A stretch of DNA of 64,000 nt from Nibricoccus sp. GTDB taxonomy: Bacteria; Verrucomicrobiota; Verrucomicrobiia; Opitutales; Opitutaceae. Each line of letters starts with the position of its first letter. The first letter of the stretch is position 1. The stretch lies in assembly GCA_047602425.1 (NCBI GenBank), contig JASGHG010000001.1, positions 1,696,001 through 1,760,000 of the forward strand, written 5' to 3'. This document shows positions 39,519-48,963 of the stretch, in pieces. The notes beneath the pieces were generated by a model that saw nothing but the letters and a program-made list of their open reading frames with translations, was not told the DNA's origin and did not search any database. The position numbers and the translations under genes are program-made.

Positions 39519-40421
39519 ATGAAATCCATCCAACTTATTTGTCTTTCCCTCTTCCTCTCCGCGGCCGGCTTGGCTCAAACCGAAAAAATCGCACTTTGGA
39601 ACGGCCCGGCTCCGGGCACCGAAAATCGAGAGAACACCGAACAGGTGAACGCCAATGGCAATGTCTCGCAAGTGTTCCAGCCGGAGCTGACTTATTTTCC
39701 CGCACCGAACCAGTCCTCACCGGCTCCAGCGCTCCTTGTCTGCCCGGGCGGCGGCTATCGCAACGTCGTGATGACAAAGGAAGGCACCCGTATCGCGGAG
39801 TTTTTTCAAAAACGCGGTTTCGCCGTCTTTGTTTTGAAATACCGACTCGCTCCACCCGAAGCGGTGCAGGACGCGCGGCGGGCGATGCGTGTGATTCGTT
39901 CGCGGGCGGAAAAATATAAAATCGATCCAGCCAAGCTCGGGGTCATGGGTTTTTCCGCCGGTGGACATCTCAGCGCCAATCTCGCGCTGAACTTTGCGGC
40001 CACGGACCTCTCCGATGACACGGAGAAAATCTCCGCGCGCCCGGATTTCTGCGCGCCGATTTATGGCGTTCTTGAACCGCTCAACCCCGCCAATTTCGAA
40101 CCAGGTCGATATCCGGCGCTCTACGCGATCAAATCGCTGAAAGACTCAACCGCGAGCGATGTGCCTCCGATGTTCCTTGTCCACGCGGTGGACGACAAGA
40201 CGGTGCCCGTCGAACAGAGCCTGAATTTTTTCGTCACGTTGAAAGCAAAGGGAATTCCCGTCGAATTGCATCTCTACGAAAAAGGCGGCCATGGTTTTGC
40301 GTTGGAGTTTGATCGCAGCTACGCGGCCAGCTGGGGCGAGGCCTTTTTACTCTGGCTGAAGGCGCATGGAGTCGAACCAGCGCCAACAAGCAATCCGCAA
40401 TCCCCAAAGCCGACTCGATAA
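39519..40421 (+). CDS. Exported alpha/beta hydrolase (carbohydrate esterase-like)
   Basis: CPGGGY, LKYRL, GFSAGGHL, HAVDDKTV, GGHGF. Confidence 0.9.
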   Translation: MKSIQLICLSLFLSAAGLAQTEKIALWNGPAPGTENRENTEQVNANGNVSQVFQPELTYFPAPNQSSPAPALLVCPGGGYRNVVMTKEGTRIAEFFQKRGFAVFVLKYRLAPPEAVQDARRAMRVIRSRAEKYKIDPAKLGVMGFSAGGHLSANLALNFAATDLSDDTEKISARPDFCAPIYGVLEPLNPANFEPGRYPALYAIKSLKDSTASDVPPMFLVHAVDDKTVPVEQSLNFFVTLKAKGIPVELHLYEKGGHGFALEFDRSYAASWGEAFLLWLKAHGVEPAPTSNPQSPKPTR

Positions 40422-40433
40422 CAGGATAAACGG

Positions 40434-41462
40434 TCAACCGCACGCCGCGAACAGCCGGTCCATCAGCTCCATATTGCGAAGCGTTTCAGTGAGGCTGAAA
40501 AACGGCTGGCGGTTGTTCAGGATCGCGTCGGCAAAATCCTCGACTTCGAGGCGGTAACGATCGCTGTTGGCCACGGGTATGGTTTGCACGATCTTGTTGT
40601 CGACGGTGATCGTGAGGTCACAGGCTTCTTCTAGGAATGTGTTCGGCACCTGCAACACCCCTTTCGTGCCGACAATCTGCGACTCGATTTGTTTTTGGGC
40701 GTTGAAACCGGAGTGGATGGAGGCGATGAGGCCCGTCGGGTATTTGAGGAGCGCCGAGAAGAGCAAATCCACGCCGCCTTCTTTTACGCATTGCACGGAA
40801 ATCGAGTCGGGCATCGGCCCGGGGACGGCGGCGGGAACGGGTTTACCTGTAGCAGCAGCTTGGATACGCGCGAGTTCGTCGACCACCAGGCCGGTAAAAT
40901 TAAGCGGGTAACAGCCCACGTCGTAAAGCGAACCGCCGCCGAGTTCGGGCTGGTACTTGATGCAGCCGGGGCGATTCAGCAAAAAGCGAAAGACGGAATG
41001 GATGAATTTGATTTCGCCCAGCACGCCGCTGCGCAGGACTTCGAGAACTTTGCGCGTGCAGTCTGTGTAGCGGTACATGAAGGCCTCCATGAAAACCACG
41101 CCGTTTTCACGGCAGGCATGGATCATTTCACGGCATTCCGCGGCATTGAGGCCGATGGGTTTTTCGCAGAGTACGTGCTTCTTGTGCTGAGCCGCCTTGA
41201 TCGTCCACGCGCGGTGCATCGAGTTCGGCAGCGGAATGTAGACGGCGTCGATCTCCGGATCGGCCAGCAGCGCCTCGTACGAGGCGTGGGTTTTAGGGCA
41301 GTTGAACTTGTTGCGGCATTCGGCAAGCTTGGCCGTGTCGCGCGAGGCGATCGCGTGAAAAACAGAGTTGTTGGAACGTTGGATCGCAGGGATCACTGCG
41401 TCGCGGGCGATGCGTGCATAGCCGAGCACGCCCCAGCGGATTTTCTTATTGGAAGTGGTCAT
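40434..41462 (-). CDS. Gfo/Idh/MocA family oxidoreductase
   Basis: RWGVLG, DAVYIPLPN, HVLCEKP, EAFMYR, GGGSLYDVGCY. Confidence 0.93.
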   Translation of the reverse strand: MTTSNKKIRWGVLGYARIARDAVIPAIQRSNNSVFHAIASRDTAKLAECRNKFNCPKTHASYEALLADPEIDAVYIPLPNSMHRAWTIKAAQHKKHVLCEKPIGLNAAECREMIHACRENGVVFMEAFMYRYTDCTRKVLEVLRSGVLGEIKFIHSVFRFLLNRPGCIKYQPELGGGSLYDVGCYPLNFTGLVVDELARIQAAATGKPVPAAVPGPMPDSISVQCVKEGGVDLLFSALLKYPTGLIASIHSGFNAQKQIESQIVGTKGVLQVPNTFLEEACDLTITVDNKIVQTIPVANSDRYRLEVEDFADAILNNRQPFFSLTETLRNMELMDRLFAACG

Positions 41463-41670
41463 GGGAAAGCGGCTGCAACAAAGCCGAAAAACCACGGCGG
41501 TACAACCAGCGTTTTTCCCCCCGAATACTTCTCCCCATTTTTAGGGACTGCCACGAGGGAAGAAGGACTGTCAGGTAATCCCCGTGGTTGCGGACCGTGT
41601 CTAAAACCGCCAAAAAGCAACTCCCGCGCAGAATTTTCGGCGGCACCCCTTCCACCCCGTTTCCATTCCC

Positions 41671-44600
41671 ATGAAAGCATTCAAGGTCCTTGCTTTGGCG
41701 TTCACGTTTGTCGCTGCCTCCCTCATCGCGCCCGCACGCGCCGAAGCCGCCACAGCGCTGATGGAGAATCTCAACCGCGGAGTTGTTGCCGTGCGCACTT
41801 CCTCGACCAGCGCTTTCGTCAGTTGGCGCATGCTTGGCACCGACAGCGCCGGCGTGGAATTCAATCTCTACCGGTCAACGGGTGGCGGAACCGCCGTTCT
41901 CCTCACAGGTACGCCTCCCACGAGCGCAACCTGCTTCGCTGATACCACAGCGGATTTCACGCTGGCCAATGCCTATTATGTCCGCCCTGTCATCAGCGGA
42001 ATCGAGCAAGCTCCCAGCGAAACCTACACGCTCGCTGCAAATGCCTCGGTTCAACAATACCTGCGCGTTCCCCTCCAGATTCCCGCCGGCCTGACGATGC
42101 CCGACAGCACCACTTGCACGTACAGTGCCAATGATTGCTCGGTCGGCGATCTCGATGGCGACGGCGAATACGAGATCATCGTCAAATGGGATCCCTCCAA
42201 TTCCAAGGACAACTCCCAAAGCGGCTACACTGGCAACGTTTACCTCGACGCCTACAAACTCAATGGCACACAGCTCTGGCGCATCGACCTTGGCGTCAAC
42301 ATCCGCGCCGGCGCTCACTACACGCAATTCATGGTTTATGACCTCGATGGCGATGGCAAAGCCGAGGTCGCCTGCCGCACCGCCGAAGGGTCGAAGGGCG
42401 CTGACAACAACTATGTCGCCGCACCGGCCAAATTCTCCGGCACGCCGCCCTCCACGCTCGACCACACCGCCGATCGCCGGAACACCGGCGGTTACATCCT
42501 TGGGGGCGCCGAATTTCTCACGATCTTCAATGGCCAGACCGGCACCGAGCTGACTTCAACCAACTACAACCCCCAACGCTATCCCGGCAACCTCTTTCCC
42601 ACCACCGCCCAGATCAATGCCCTCTGGGGCGACGACTATGGCAACCGCATCGACCGCTTCCTGGCCTGCGTGGCATATCTCGACGGCCAGCGGCCCAGCT
42701 TGGTGATGTGCCGTGGTTATTACACCCGCACCGCGCTCGTCGCCTACGACTACCGCAACGGAACCCTCACCCAGCGCTGGATCTTCGACACCAACCCGGA
42801 CGGCGCCACCGCCACGACCTGGGCGAACTATCGCGGCCAGGGTCATCACAATCTGTCCGTCGCCGATGTCGACGGCGACGGTCGCGACGAAATCGTCTAC
42901 GGTTCCTGCACGATCGACGACGACGGACGAGGGCTCTATTCGACCTTGCTGGGCCACGGCGACGCCATCCATGTTTCCGATCTCGATCCGAATCGCCCGG
43001 GCCTTGAAGTCTGGGTGTGTCACGAGGATGTCGCGGGCAACGGCAACCGCGGCCACACGTTTCGCGACGCCGCCACGGGCACGGTAATTTTCTCCAAACC
43101 TTCCACCGACGACACCGGTCGATGCATGACCGCTGACATTGATCCCGCCTATCCTGGCTTTGAAATGTGGGGTGCACGCTCCAACGTCGTCACCGTTTCC
43201 GGAACCGATATCTCCACCACAAAGCCTTCGCAGAACTTCGGCATCTGGTGGGATGGCGATCTTTCCCGCGAACTCCTCGACAACGTCACCATCTCCAAAT
43301 GGAACCCCGCCACCACCTCGGCCTCCGCCGTGCTTTCCCCTAGCGGAGTCGCCTCCAACAACTCCACCAAGGCCACGCCCAATCTTTCCGCGGACATTTT
43401 CGGCGATTGGCGCGAAGAGGTCGTCTGGCGCGAAACCGACAGCTCCGCTCTCCGCATCTATACCACCACGGCGCCGACCGCCACGCGCCTCTACACCTTG
43501 ATGCACAATCGGCAATACCGTGAGTCCATCGCCTGGCAAAATGTCGCTTACAACCAACCACCGTATCCAAATTATTTTCTCGGCAATGGCATGTCCACGC
43601 CGCCGCAGCCCGACATCGTCACCAGCATTGCCAGCCTGCCCGCCACTGCTCCCGCCGCCGTCGCCATCAATCGCTACGATCCTGCCACCAGTTCCACCGG
43701 CGCCACGAGCATGATCTTCCGCGTGTCGTTCAATACGGCTGTCACCGGTGTCGACATCCCCGATTTCACTTTCACCACGACCGGCACCGTCACGGGAACT
43801 ATAACCAGTGTCACCGCCCAGAGCACCACCACCTACGATGTGCTCGTGTCGTCCATCACCGGCGTTGGCACCGCCCGTCTCGACCTCAACGCCACCGGCA
43901 CCGGTATCGCGAGCAGCGTGGGCGGAGTCGCGATTTCCGGCGGCTTCACCGGCGGCGAGACCTATACCCGCGTCGTCCTCGCCTGGCTTTCCACCGCGCC
44001 TTCCGGCGGCGTTTGGAGCACCGCAACCAACTGGGATGGAGGCGTCATTCCCGACGGTGTTGGAGCGGCTCCCATCTTCGGCAACTACGACGTCCCCGCC
44101 AATACCACGGTTGCACTCGACACACCTCGCACACTTTCCGGTTTGACCTTTGGCGATACCAATACCGCCACACCGGCGAGCTGGGCGATTAACAACAATT
44201 CCACAGATACAAATATCCTGACCCTCGATGTCACGAGCGGCGCACCAACTCTGACCGTCAATACCCTTGGCGCCGGAGCGACCGCCACCGTGGACGCGGT
44301 ACTCGCGGGCACCGATGGCCTCACCAAAGCCGGTACAGGAACGCTCGTCCTTACCAAGCCCAACTCCCTTTCCGGTCCCCTGACGGTAAGTGCCGGAACC
44401 CTCCGGCTCGGCGCGGGGGGCGCATTAACCTCCGGCACCGTCAGTCTACCGTCGGGCAGCACACTGAACGTTGCGGGCGGCTCGCTCACCACCACCGGCC
44501 TCGTCACCGCCGCCGCGGGCACGCTCAGCATCGACAGCGGCACCGTTGCCTTCAATGCCGGTTACCGAACCAATTCAACCAGCGCAACCACGCTTCGCCT

Positions 44601-47313
44601 CAACGGCGGCGCCCTCACCGCCAACGACATCAACATGCGCCGCACCAGCGCCGCGACGATTGACTTTACCACCGGCTTCATTGCAGCCGGCGGCACGGCC
44701 AACATCGGCACGCTTTCGCTCGGCACCGACAACTCCAATGCCGCCATGTCCGTCGAAGGCGGCGCCGTCACTGTAACCGGCCCCATCGTCGTCGGGTTCC
44801 AAAGCAGCGTTGGACGCGGCGGCGGCCTGCGCGTTCTCAGCGGTTCCCTCACCAGCACGGACACCGCCTATGGCATCGCGCTCACCCGCACCTCGGGCAA
44901 TGTCACTGTCGCGAACTTTTCCGGCGGGATCACCACTGCGGAAAAAATCACCTTGGGGTACAGCTCCTCGGTTATCGCGGGTTCCGCCACACTTACGCTT
45001 TCGGGCGGCGAACTATACCTTGGCTCTGGCGGCTTGGTCATGAACGGCGTCGCTCCCTTCGCGGCCACGATCAATCTTTCCGGCGGTACCCTCGGTGCAA
45101 AAGCGGCCTGGTCCACCAGCCTGCCTGCCGTCCTCGCCAACACCACAACCATCAAAACCGCCAACGCGGCCAATGCGGCCTTCGATATCACGCTCGGCGG
45201 CGCTTTGAGCGGCACCGGCGGCCTCGCCAAGGCCGGCACGGGCCTGCTTACCCTCTCGGCCATCAATACGTTTACCGGAGCCGTCGACATCAACGCTGGC
45301 ACGCTTGCCGTCACGGGTGCGACAAGCACCGCGAGTTCGGTCAACGTCAACGCCGGCGGCACGCTCGCCGGCACAGGCAACGCCGGCACCGTCGTGCTCG
45401 GCGGCGGCGGCACCGTTGCTCCTGGTCTCGCAGAAATAGGTACGTTGAGTGGTACGTCCCTCGTCTTCAACGGCGGCGGCCGCCTCGCGCTCGATCTCGG
45501 TGCATCCGGCACCTCAGACTCGCTCGCCCTCAGCGGCGCCCTCACCAAGGGCACGTCCGGCGCCTGCGAACTCGCCTTTAGCCCTGGCTCGAGATTTTTT
45601 ACTGGCAGCAGCTACACCATCGCCACCTACGGATCGACGAACTTCTCCGCCAGCGATTTCACCGTCACCGGCATGACAGGCTACACGCCCACGTTCAACG
45701 TCGGCGCCACAAGCCTCCAGGTCACCTTTACCATCACGCCACCCACCATAACCAGCGCCACCAGCATAGGCGGGACGATGGGCCAGACTTTCAACTTCGG
45801 TATCACCGGCACGAATACGCCCACCAGTTATTCCGCCAGCGGCCTGCCTTCCGGACTCACGCTTAACACCAGTACCGGCGTCATCACCGGTACGCCTACG
45901 GTTCCCGGCACGTACACGATCCAACTCTCCGCCACCAATGGCGGTGGCACCTCTTCCGTGACCGCCACCCTCACCGTCACGGAAAACGCCGCGCTCGTCA
46001 CGCTCTTCGGCTCTGCCGGCGCATCTGGAAATACCAATGGCACTGGCACCGCCGCCCGCTTCAACAATCCCAATGCCCTCGCCGTCGATGCCAGCGGTTT
46101 CATCTATGTTGCCGATACCGCCAACCATCTCGTTCGCAAAATCGGTCTCAACAATGCCGTCACCACCCTCGCAGGCTCGGGCTCGGCCGGTTCTGCCGAT
46201 GGCACTGGCGTCGCCGCCAGCTTTAGTTCCCCAGCCGCGCTCGTGCCGGACAACGCGGGCAATCTCTACCTAGCCGACACCGGCAATAATTCCATCCGCA
46301 AGATCGTGGTTTCCACCGGCGTCGTCACCACGCTCGCCACCGGTTTTAACGCTCCGGCCGGGCTCGCCTTGGATAACGGCAATCTCTACGTCGCCAACTC
46401 CGCCGGTCATACGATCAGCAAAATCGTGCTCTCCGGCCCCATAGTGACCACCCTTGCCGGTTCCGGCATGATCGGCTCGACCGATGCCACCGGGACCGCT
46501 GCCAGCTTCAATAGCCCGCGCGGCCTGGCGACCGACACCAATGGAAACCTCTACGTCGCCGACACCGGCAACAACATGATTCGCAAGGTTGTCCTTTCCA
46601 CCGGCGTCGTTACCACGACCGGCGGAGCCACCATTCTTGGCGGCACCGACGGCAATCTCACCCTCGCCCGGTTTAATGCCCCGCGTGCGCTCGCTCTCGA
46701 CGCCGCTGGACGTATTTACCTTGCGGATACGGCCAACCATACGCTTCGCAAGATTGTCTTGAGCAACGGCGCCGTCACCACCCTGGTCGGGCTACCCGGC
46801 GTCGCCGGCACGTCCGATGGGCTTGGCGCAGCCGCCCGTCTCAACAGCCCGTCCGGCATCGGCATCGATGTCACCGGAGATATTTACGTCGCCGATTCTG
46901 CCAATCATACGGTTCGCATCCTGCAAGTTGCCCCCGAAATCGTCACCCACCCGCAGAGCCAAACAGTGACTGCGGGCTCCAACGTTCAGTTCTCCACGGT
47001 CGTCACCGGCTCGCCAACTCCCACGCTTGAATGGAAGAAGGACGGCGTGGTGGTTCCCAATCCCGTCAGTTCCAGCGATACACGGTTTTCCGTCTCCAAT
47101 GTCACCGCAGCCAACGCCGGCAATTACACCGTAACCGCCACCAACGCCATGGGCTCCATCACCAGCAACGTCGCCACGCTCACCGTGACCACGCCCCCAA
47201 GTTCTTCCTCTTCCAGTTCGGGTGGCGGAGGCGGAGGAGGTGGCGGCGCTTTCGCCCCCTGGACTTTCCTGTTTGGCGCAATCCTCATCCTGCTCCGCGC
47301 GCGCCGGCGGTAG
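41671..47313 (+). CDS. Multimodular surface rhamnogalacturonan lyase (PL11) with autotransporter-associated beta-strand repeats, Ig-like domains, NHL repeats and a GlyGly-CTERM-like tail
   Basis: MENLNRGVVA, GDLDGDGEYE, NIRAGAHY, RGYY, GHGDAIH, DIFGDWREE, LMHNRQYR..IAWQNVAYNQPP. Then GLTKAGTGTLVL repeats, SGLPSGLTLN, FNxPxxLA..YVADT repeats, PTPTLEWKKDG, and the end S7-G9-AFAPWTFLFGAILILLRARRR. Confidence 0.92.
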   Translation: MKAFKVLALAFTFVAASLIAPARAEAATALMENLNRGVVAVRTSSTSAFVSWRMLGTDSAGVEFNLYRSTGGGTAVLLTGTPPTSATCFADTTADFTLANAYYVRPVISGIEQAPSETYTLAANASVQQYLRVPLQIPAGLTMPDSTTCTYSANDCSVGDLDGDGEYEIIVKWDPSNSKDNSQSGYTGNVYLDAYKLNGTQLWRIDLGVNIRAGAHYTQFMVYDLDGDGKAEVACRTAEGSKGADNNYVAAPAKFSGTPPSTLDHTADRRNTGGYILGGAEFLTIFNGQTGTELTSTNYNPQRYPGNLFPTTAQINALWGDDYGNRIDRFLACVAYLDGQRPSLVMCRGYYTRTALVAYDYRNGTLTQRWIFDTNPDGATATTWANYRGQGHHNLSVADVDGDGRDEIVYGSCTIDDDGRGLYSTLLGHGDAIHVSDLDPNRPGLEVWVCHEDVAGNGNRGHTFRDAATGTVIFSKPSTDDTGRCMTADIDPAYPGFEMWGARSNVVTVSGTDISTTKPSQNFGIWWDGDLSRELLDNVTISKWNPATTSASAVLSPSGVASNNSTKATPNLSADIFGDWREEVVWRETDSSALRIYTTTAPTATRLYTLMHNRQYRESIAWQNVAYNQPPYPNYFLGNGMSTPPQPDIVTSIASLPATAPAAVAINRYDPATSSTGATSMIFRVSFNTAVTGVDIPDFTFTTTGTVTGTITSVTAQSTTTYDVLVSSITGVGTARLDLNATGTGIASSVGGVAISGGFTGGETYTRVVLAWLSTAPSGGVWSTATNWDGGVIPDGVGAAPIFGNYDVPANTTVALDTPRTLSGLTFGDTNTATPASWAINNNSTDTNILTLDVTSGAPTLTVNTLGAGATATVDAVLAGTDGLTKAGTGTLVLTKPNSLSGPLTVSAGTLRLGAGGALTSGTVSLPSGSTLNVAGGSLTTTGLVTAAAGTLSIDSGTVAFNAGYRTNSTSATTLRLNGGALTANDINMRRTSAATIDFTTGFIAAGGTANIGTLSLGTDNSNAAMSVEGGAVTVTGPIVVGFQSSVGRGGGLRVLSGSLTSTDTAYGIALTRTSGNVTVANFSGGITTAEKITLGYSSSVIAGSATLTLSGGELYLGSGGLVMNGVAPFAATINLSGGTLGAKAAWSTSLPAVLANTTTIKTANAANAAFDITLGGALSGTGGLAKAGTGLLTLSAINTFTGAVDINAGTLAVTGATSTASSVNVNAGGTLAGTGNAGTVVLGGGGTVAPGLAEIGTLSGTSLVFNGGGRLALDLGASGTSDSLALSGALTKGTSGACELAFSPGSRFFTGSSYTIATYGSTNFSASDFTVTGMTGYTPTFNVGATSLQVTFTITPPTITSATSIGGTMGQTFNFGITGTNTPTSYSASGLPSGLTLNTSTGVITGTPTVPGTYTIQLSATNGGGTSSVTATLTVTENAALVTLFGSAGASGNTNGTGTAARFNNPNALAVDASGFIYVADTANHLVRKIGLNNAVTTLAGSGSAGSADGTGVAASFSSPAALVPDNAGNLYLADTGNNSIRKIVVSTGVVTTLATGFNAPAGLALDNGNLYVANSAGHTISKIVLSGPIVTTLAGSGMIGSTDATGTAASFNSPRGLATDTNGNLYVADTGNNMIRKVVLSTGVVTTTGGATILGGTDGNLTLARFNAPRALALDAAGRIYLADTANHTLRKIVLSNGAVTTLVGLPGVAGTSDGLGAAARLNSPSGIGIDVTGDIYVADSANHTVRILQVAPEIVTHPQSQTVTAGSNVQFSTVVTGSPTPTLEWKKDGVVVPNPVSSSDTRFSVSNVTAANAGNYTVTATNAMGSITSNVATLTVTTPPSSSSSSSGGGGGGGGGAFAPWTFLFGAILILLRARRR

Positions 47314-47340
47314 TCCCCAACCAATCCACGTTCTCCACTT

Positions 47341-47367
47341 AAAGGACGGCCCCGGGTCGTCCTTTTT
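47341..47367 (+). terminator. Intrinsic terminator after the PL11 gene
   Basis: AAAGGACGGCC-ccg-GGTCGTCCTTT followed by TT. Confidence 0.75.
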
Positions 47368-47486
47368 GGCGTTTTTGTGCCTTTTGAGGACCATTCGCGG
47401 AGAATTTTACCATTGGATCGGAACGAGTGTCCTGCCAGCCTGTCCAGCGGAGTCGCATCACCCATCCCGCAACAACACCCGCTTTT

Positions 47487-48197
47487 ATGCTATCCCGCCT
47501 TCTCATCATCGCGTCACTCGCCTTTACGCTCTTCCAAGCAGGCTGCGCCAGCCAACACAGCATGGCTACCCTCGACGAAAAGTCCGCGGCCAAGCCCACC
47601 AAGGCTGTCTACCTGCTCACCGTCACGCTCAAAAACAGCTTCGTCCCCGCCTACCAACCCAAGCTCGAATCGCTGAAGCTTCAGAAGTTGGTCCAATCCG
47701 AATATCCCGTCATCCAGATTCACAACGTCGACCATCTGGGTAAAAACGAAACACTCTCTCCCGCCACGGGCAACAGCTACCTCGTCCGGCTCGAACTCGA
47801 ACCCGGCGAGTACCGCCTCCTCGGCCTCAACAGCGTCGGCCAATCGATGTTCATCACCAGCCCGTATTTCACGCCGATCCTCGGCCGCATTTCCGTCCGC
47901 GAGCCCGGCTTTTTCTACCTCGGCCACATCGATGCCACCATCCGCGAACGCAAAAGCGAAGAGTTCCACGCCGGCGGTCTTTTGCCGACCCAAGAACAAC
48001 GCCTAACCGGCGGCTTCGGCGGGACGTGGGATATTTCGATTGTCGACCAATGGGCCGAAGACCAGGGCAGGTTCCAAAACCGTTTTCCCGCTCTCGCCAA
48101 GGCCAGCGTGCAAAAAGCTACACTCACTCCTTTCAACCGCGGCAGCGCCCAGGCTTGGTGGGACTTCAACAACTTCAAGGAAGTACCGAACCAATAG
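47487..48197 (+). CDS. Hypothetical lipoprotein
   Basis: Signal ending in QAGC (lipobox); LELEPGEY and YLGHI motifs. Confidence 0.8.
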   Translation: MLSRLLIIASLAFTLFQAGCASQHSMATLDEKSAAKPTKAVYLLTVTLKNSFVPAYQPKLESLKLQKLVQSEYPVIQIHNVDHLGKNETLSPATGNSYLVRLELEPGEYRLLGLNSVGQSMFITSPYFTPILGRISVREPGFFYLGHIDATIRERKSEEFHAGGLLPTQEQRLTGGFGGTWDISIVDQWAEDQGRFQNRFPALAKASVQKATLTPFNRGSAQAWWDFNNFKEVPNQ

Positions 48198-48218
48198 TAC
48201 TTCGCCAACTCGACTTTC

Positions 48219-48255
48219 AAAAGCGCCGCGTCTGCAAAGGCCGGCGCTTTTTTTT
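48219..48255. terminator. Bidirectional terminator between convergent genes
   Basis: AAAAGCGCCG...CGGCGCTTTTTTTT. Confidence 0.75.
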
Positions 48256-48314
48256 GCCGCAGCTGGACGGTTGCTCCGAGAGACCCTATCGCCAAAAGCG
48301 CACCGTCGTTCTGA

Positions 48315-48788
48315 CTAGGGCTTTTTCTCCTTCTCGTCGGCACGCTGAAACTTCTTGTGGCCTTCCTTCTGCAAGGAACGCATCTCTCCCACCAATTTCG
48401 CCGCGCCGGCATTGTCTCCGGCTTTCAGCGCCGCTTCGAGTTTTTCCAAAGTGGTGGCGAAATCCTTCATGCTTTTCTGAAATTCCGCGGTGAATTTGGC
48501 ACGATCCTCTTCCGGCAAATCCTGCGTCTTGGCCGGCGTGAGTTGCGATGCCGCGACCGCCGCGGTGTACATCTTTTGCACGAGCGCGATCGACTCCTCG
48601 TTCTTGCTGGCATCCTGAACCTGTCCGCGCAGCTTGCGAAACGCTCCGCCCATTTCGTCCATTTTGCCTTCCAGCTCCGTTTCGGCTTTGTGCTCTTTTC
48701 TTGGTTCTTTTTTCGGTTCCTGGGCGTGAACCGTCAGGCTAAATGGCAGGGACAAGCTTACAGCTAACAATAGATTTTTGATTTTCAT
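48315..48788 (-). CDS. Cytochrome b562-like periplasmic four-helix protein
   Basis: Signal peptide; N-terminal Met (GKMDEM) and C-terminal LQKEGHKKF (Met/His haem ligands). Confidence 0.82.
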   Translation of the reverse strand: MKIKNLLLAVSLSLPFSLTVHAQEPKKEPRKEHKAETELEGKMDEMGGAFRKLRGQVQDASKNEESIALVQKMYTAAVAASQLTPAKTQDLPEEDRAKFTAEFQKSMKDFATTLEKLEAALKAGDNAGAAKLVGEMRSLQKEGHKKFQRADEKEKKP

Positions 48789-48963
48789 AGGGAGTTGAAG
48801 TGGAGCGACAGATTCGAACGCAACACGGTGACCGCGCCGCCCCGCGGTGCAACGCGACTGGAGATTTTTTGGCCAATATTTTTCCGTCGCACCGGCTTGC
48901 GTCCTGGCAACGCTTCGTGACGAGACATTTGATTTTTCCGCAAAATCCGTGTTTCCAACTTCT

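Noticed and set aside
41537..41606. Imperfect hairpin upstream of the PL11 gene as a riboswitch
   Set aside because: Pairing exists (TTTTAG/CTAAAA, CCACGAGGGA/TCCCCGTGG), but no known aptamer features were recognised, so support is insufficient.
45990..46920. Repeated DNA motifs suggesting an array or CRISPR
   Set aside because: They are degenerate coding NHL repeats within the PL11 protein, with no constant repeat-spacer structure and no cas genes.
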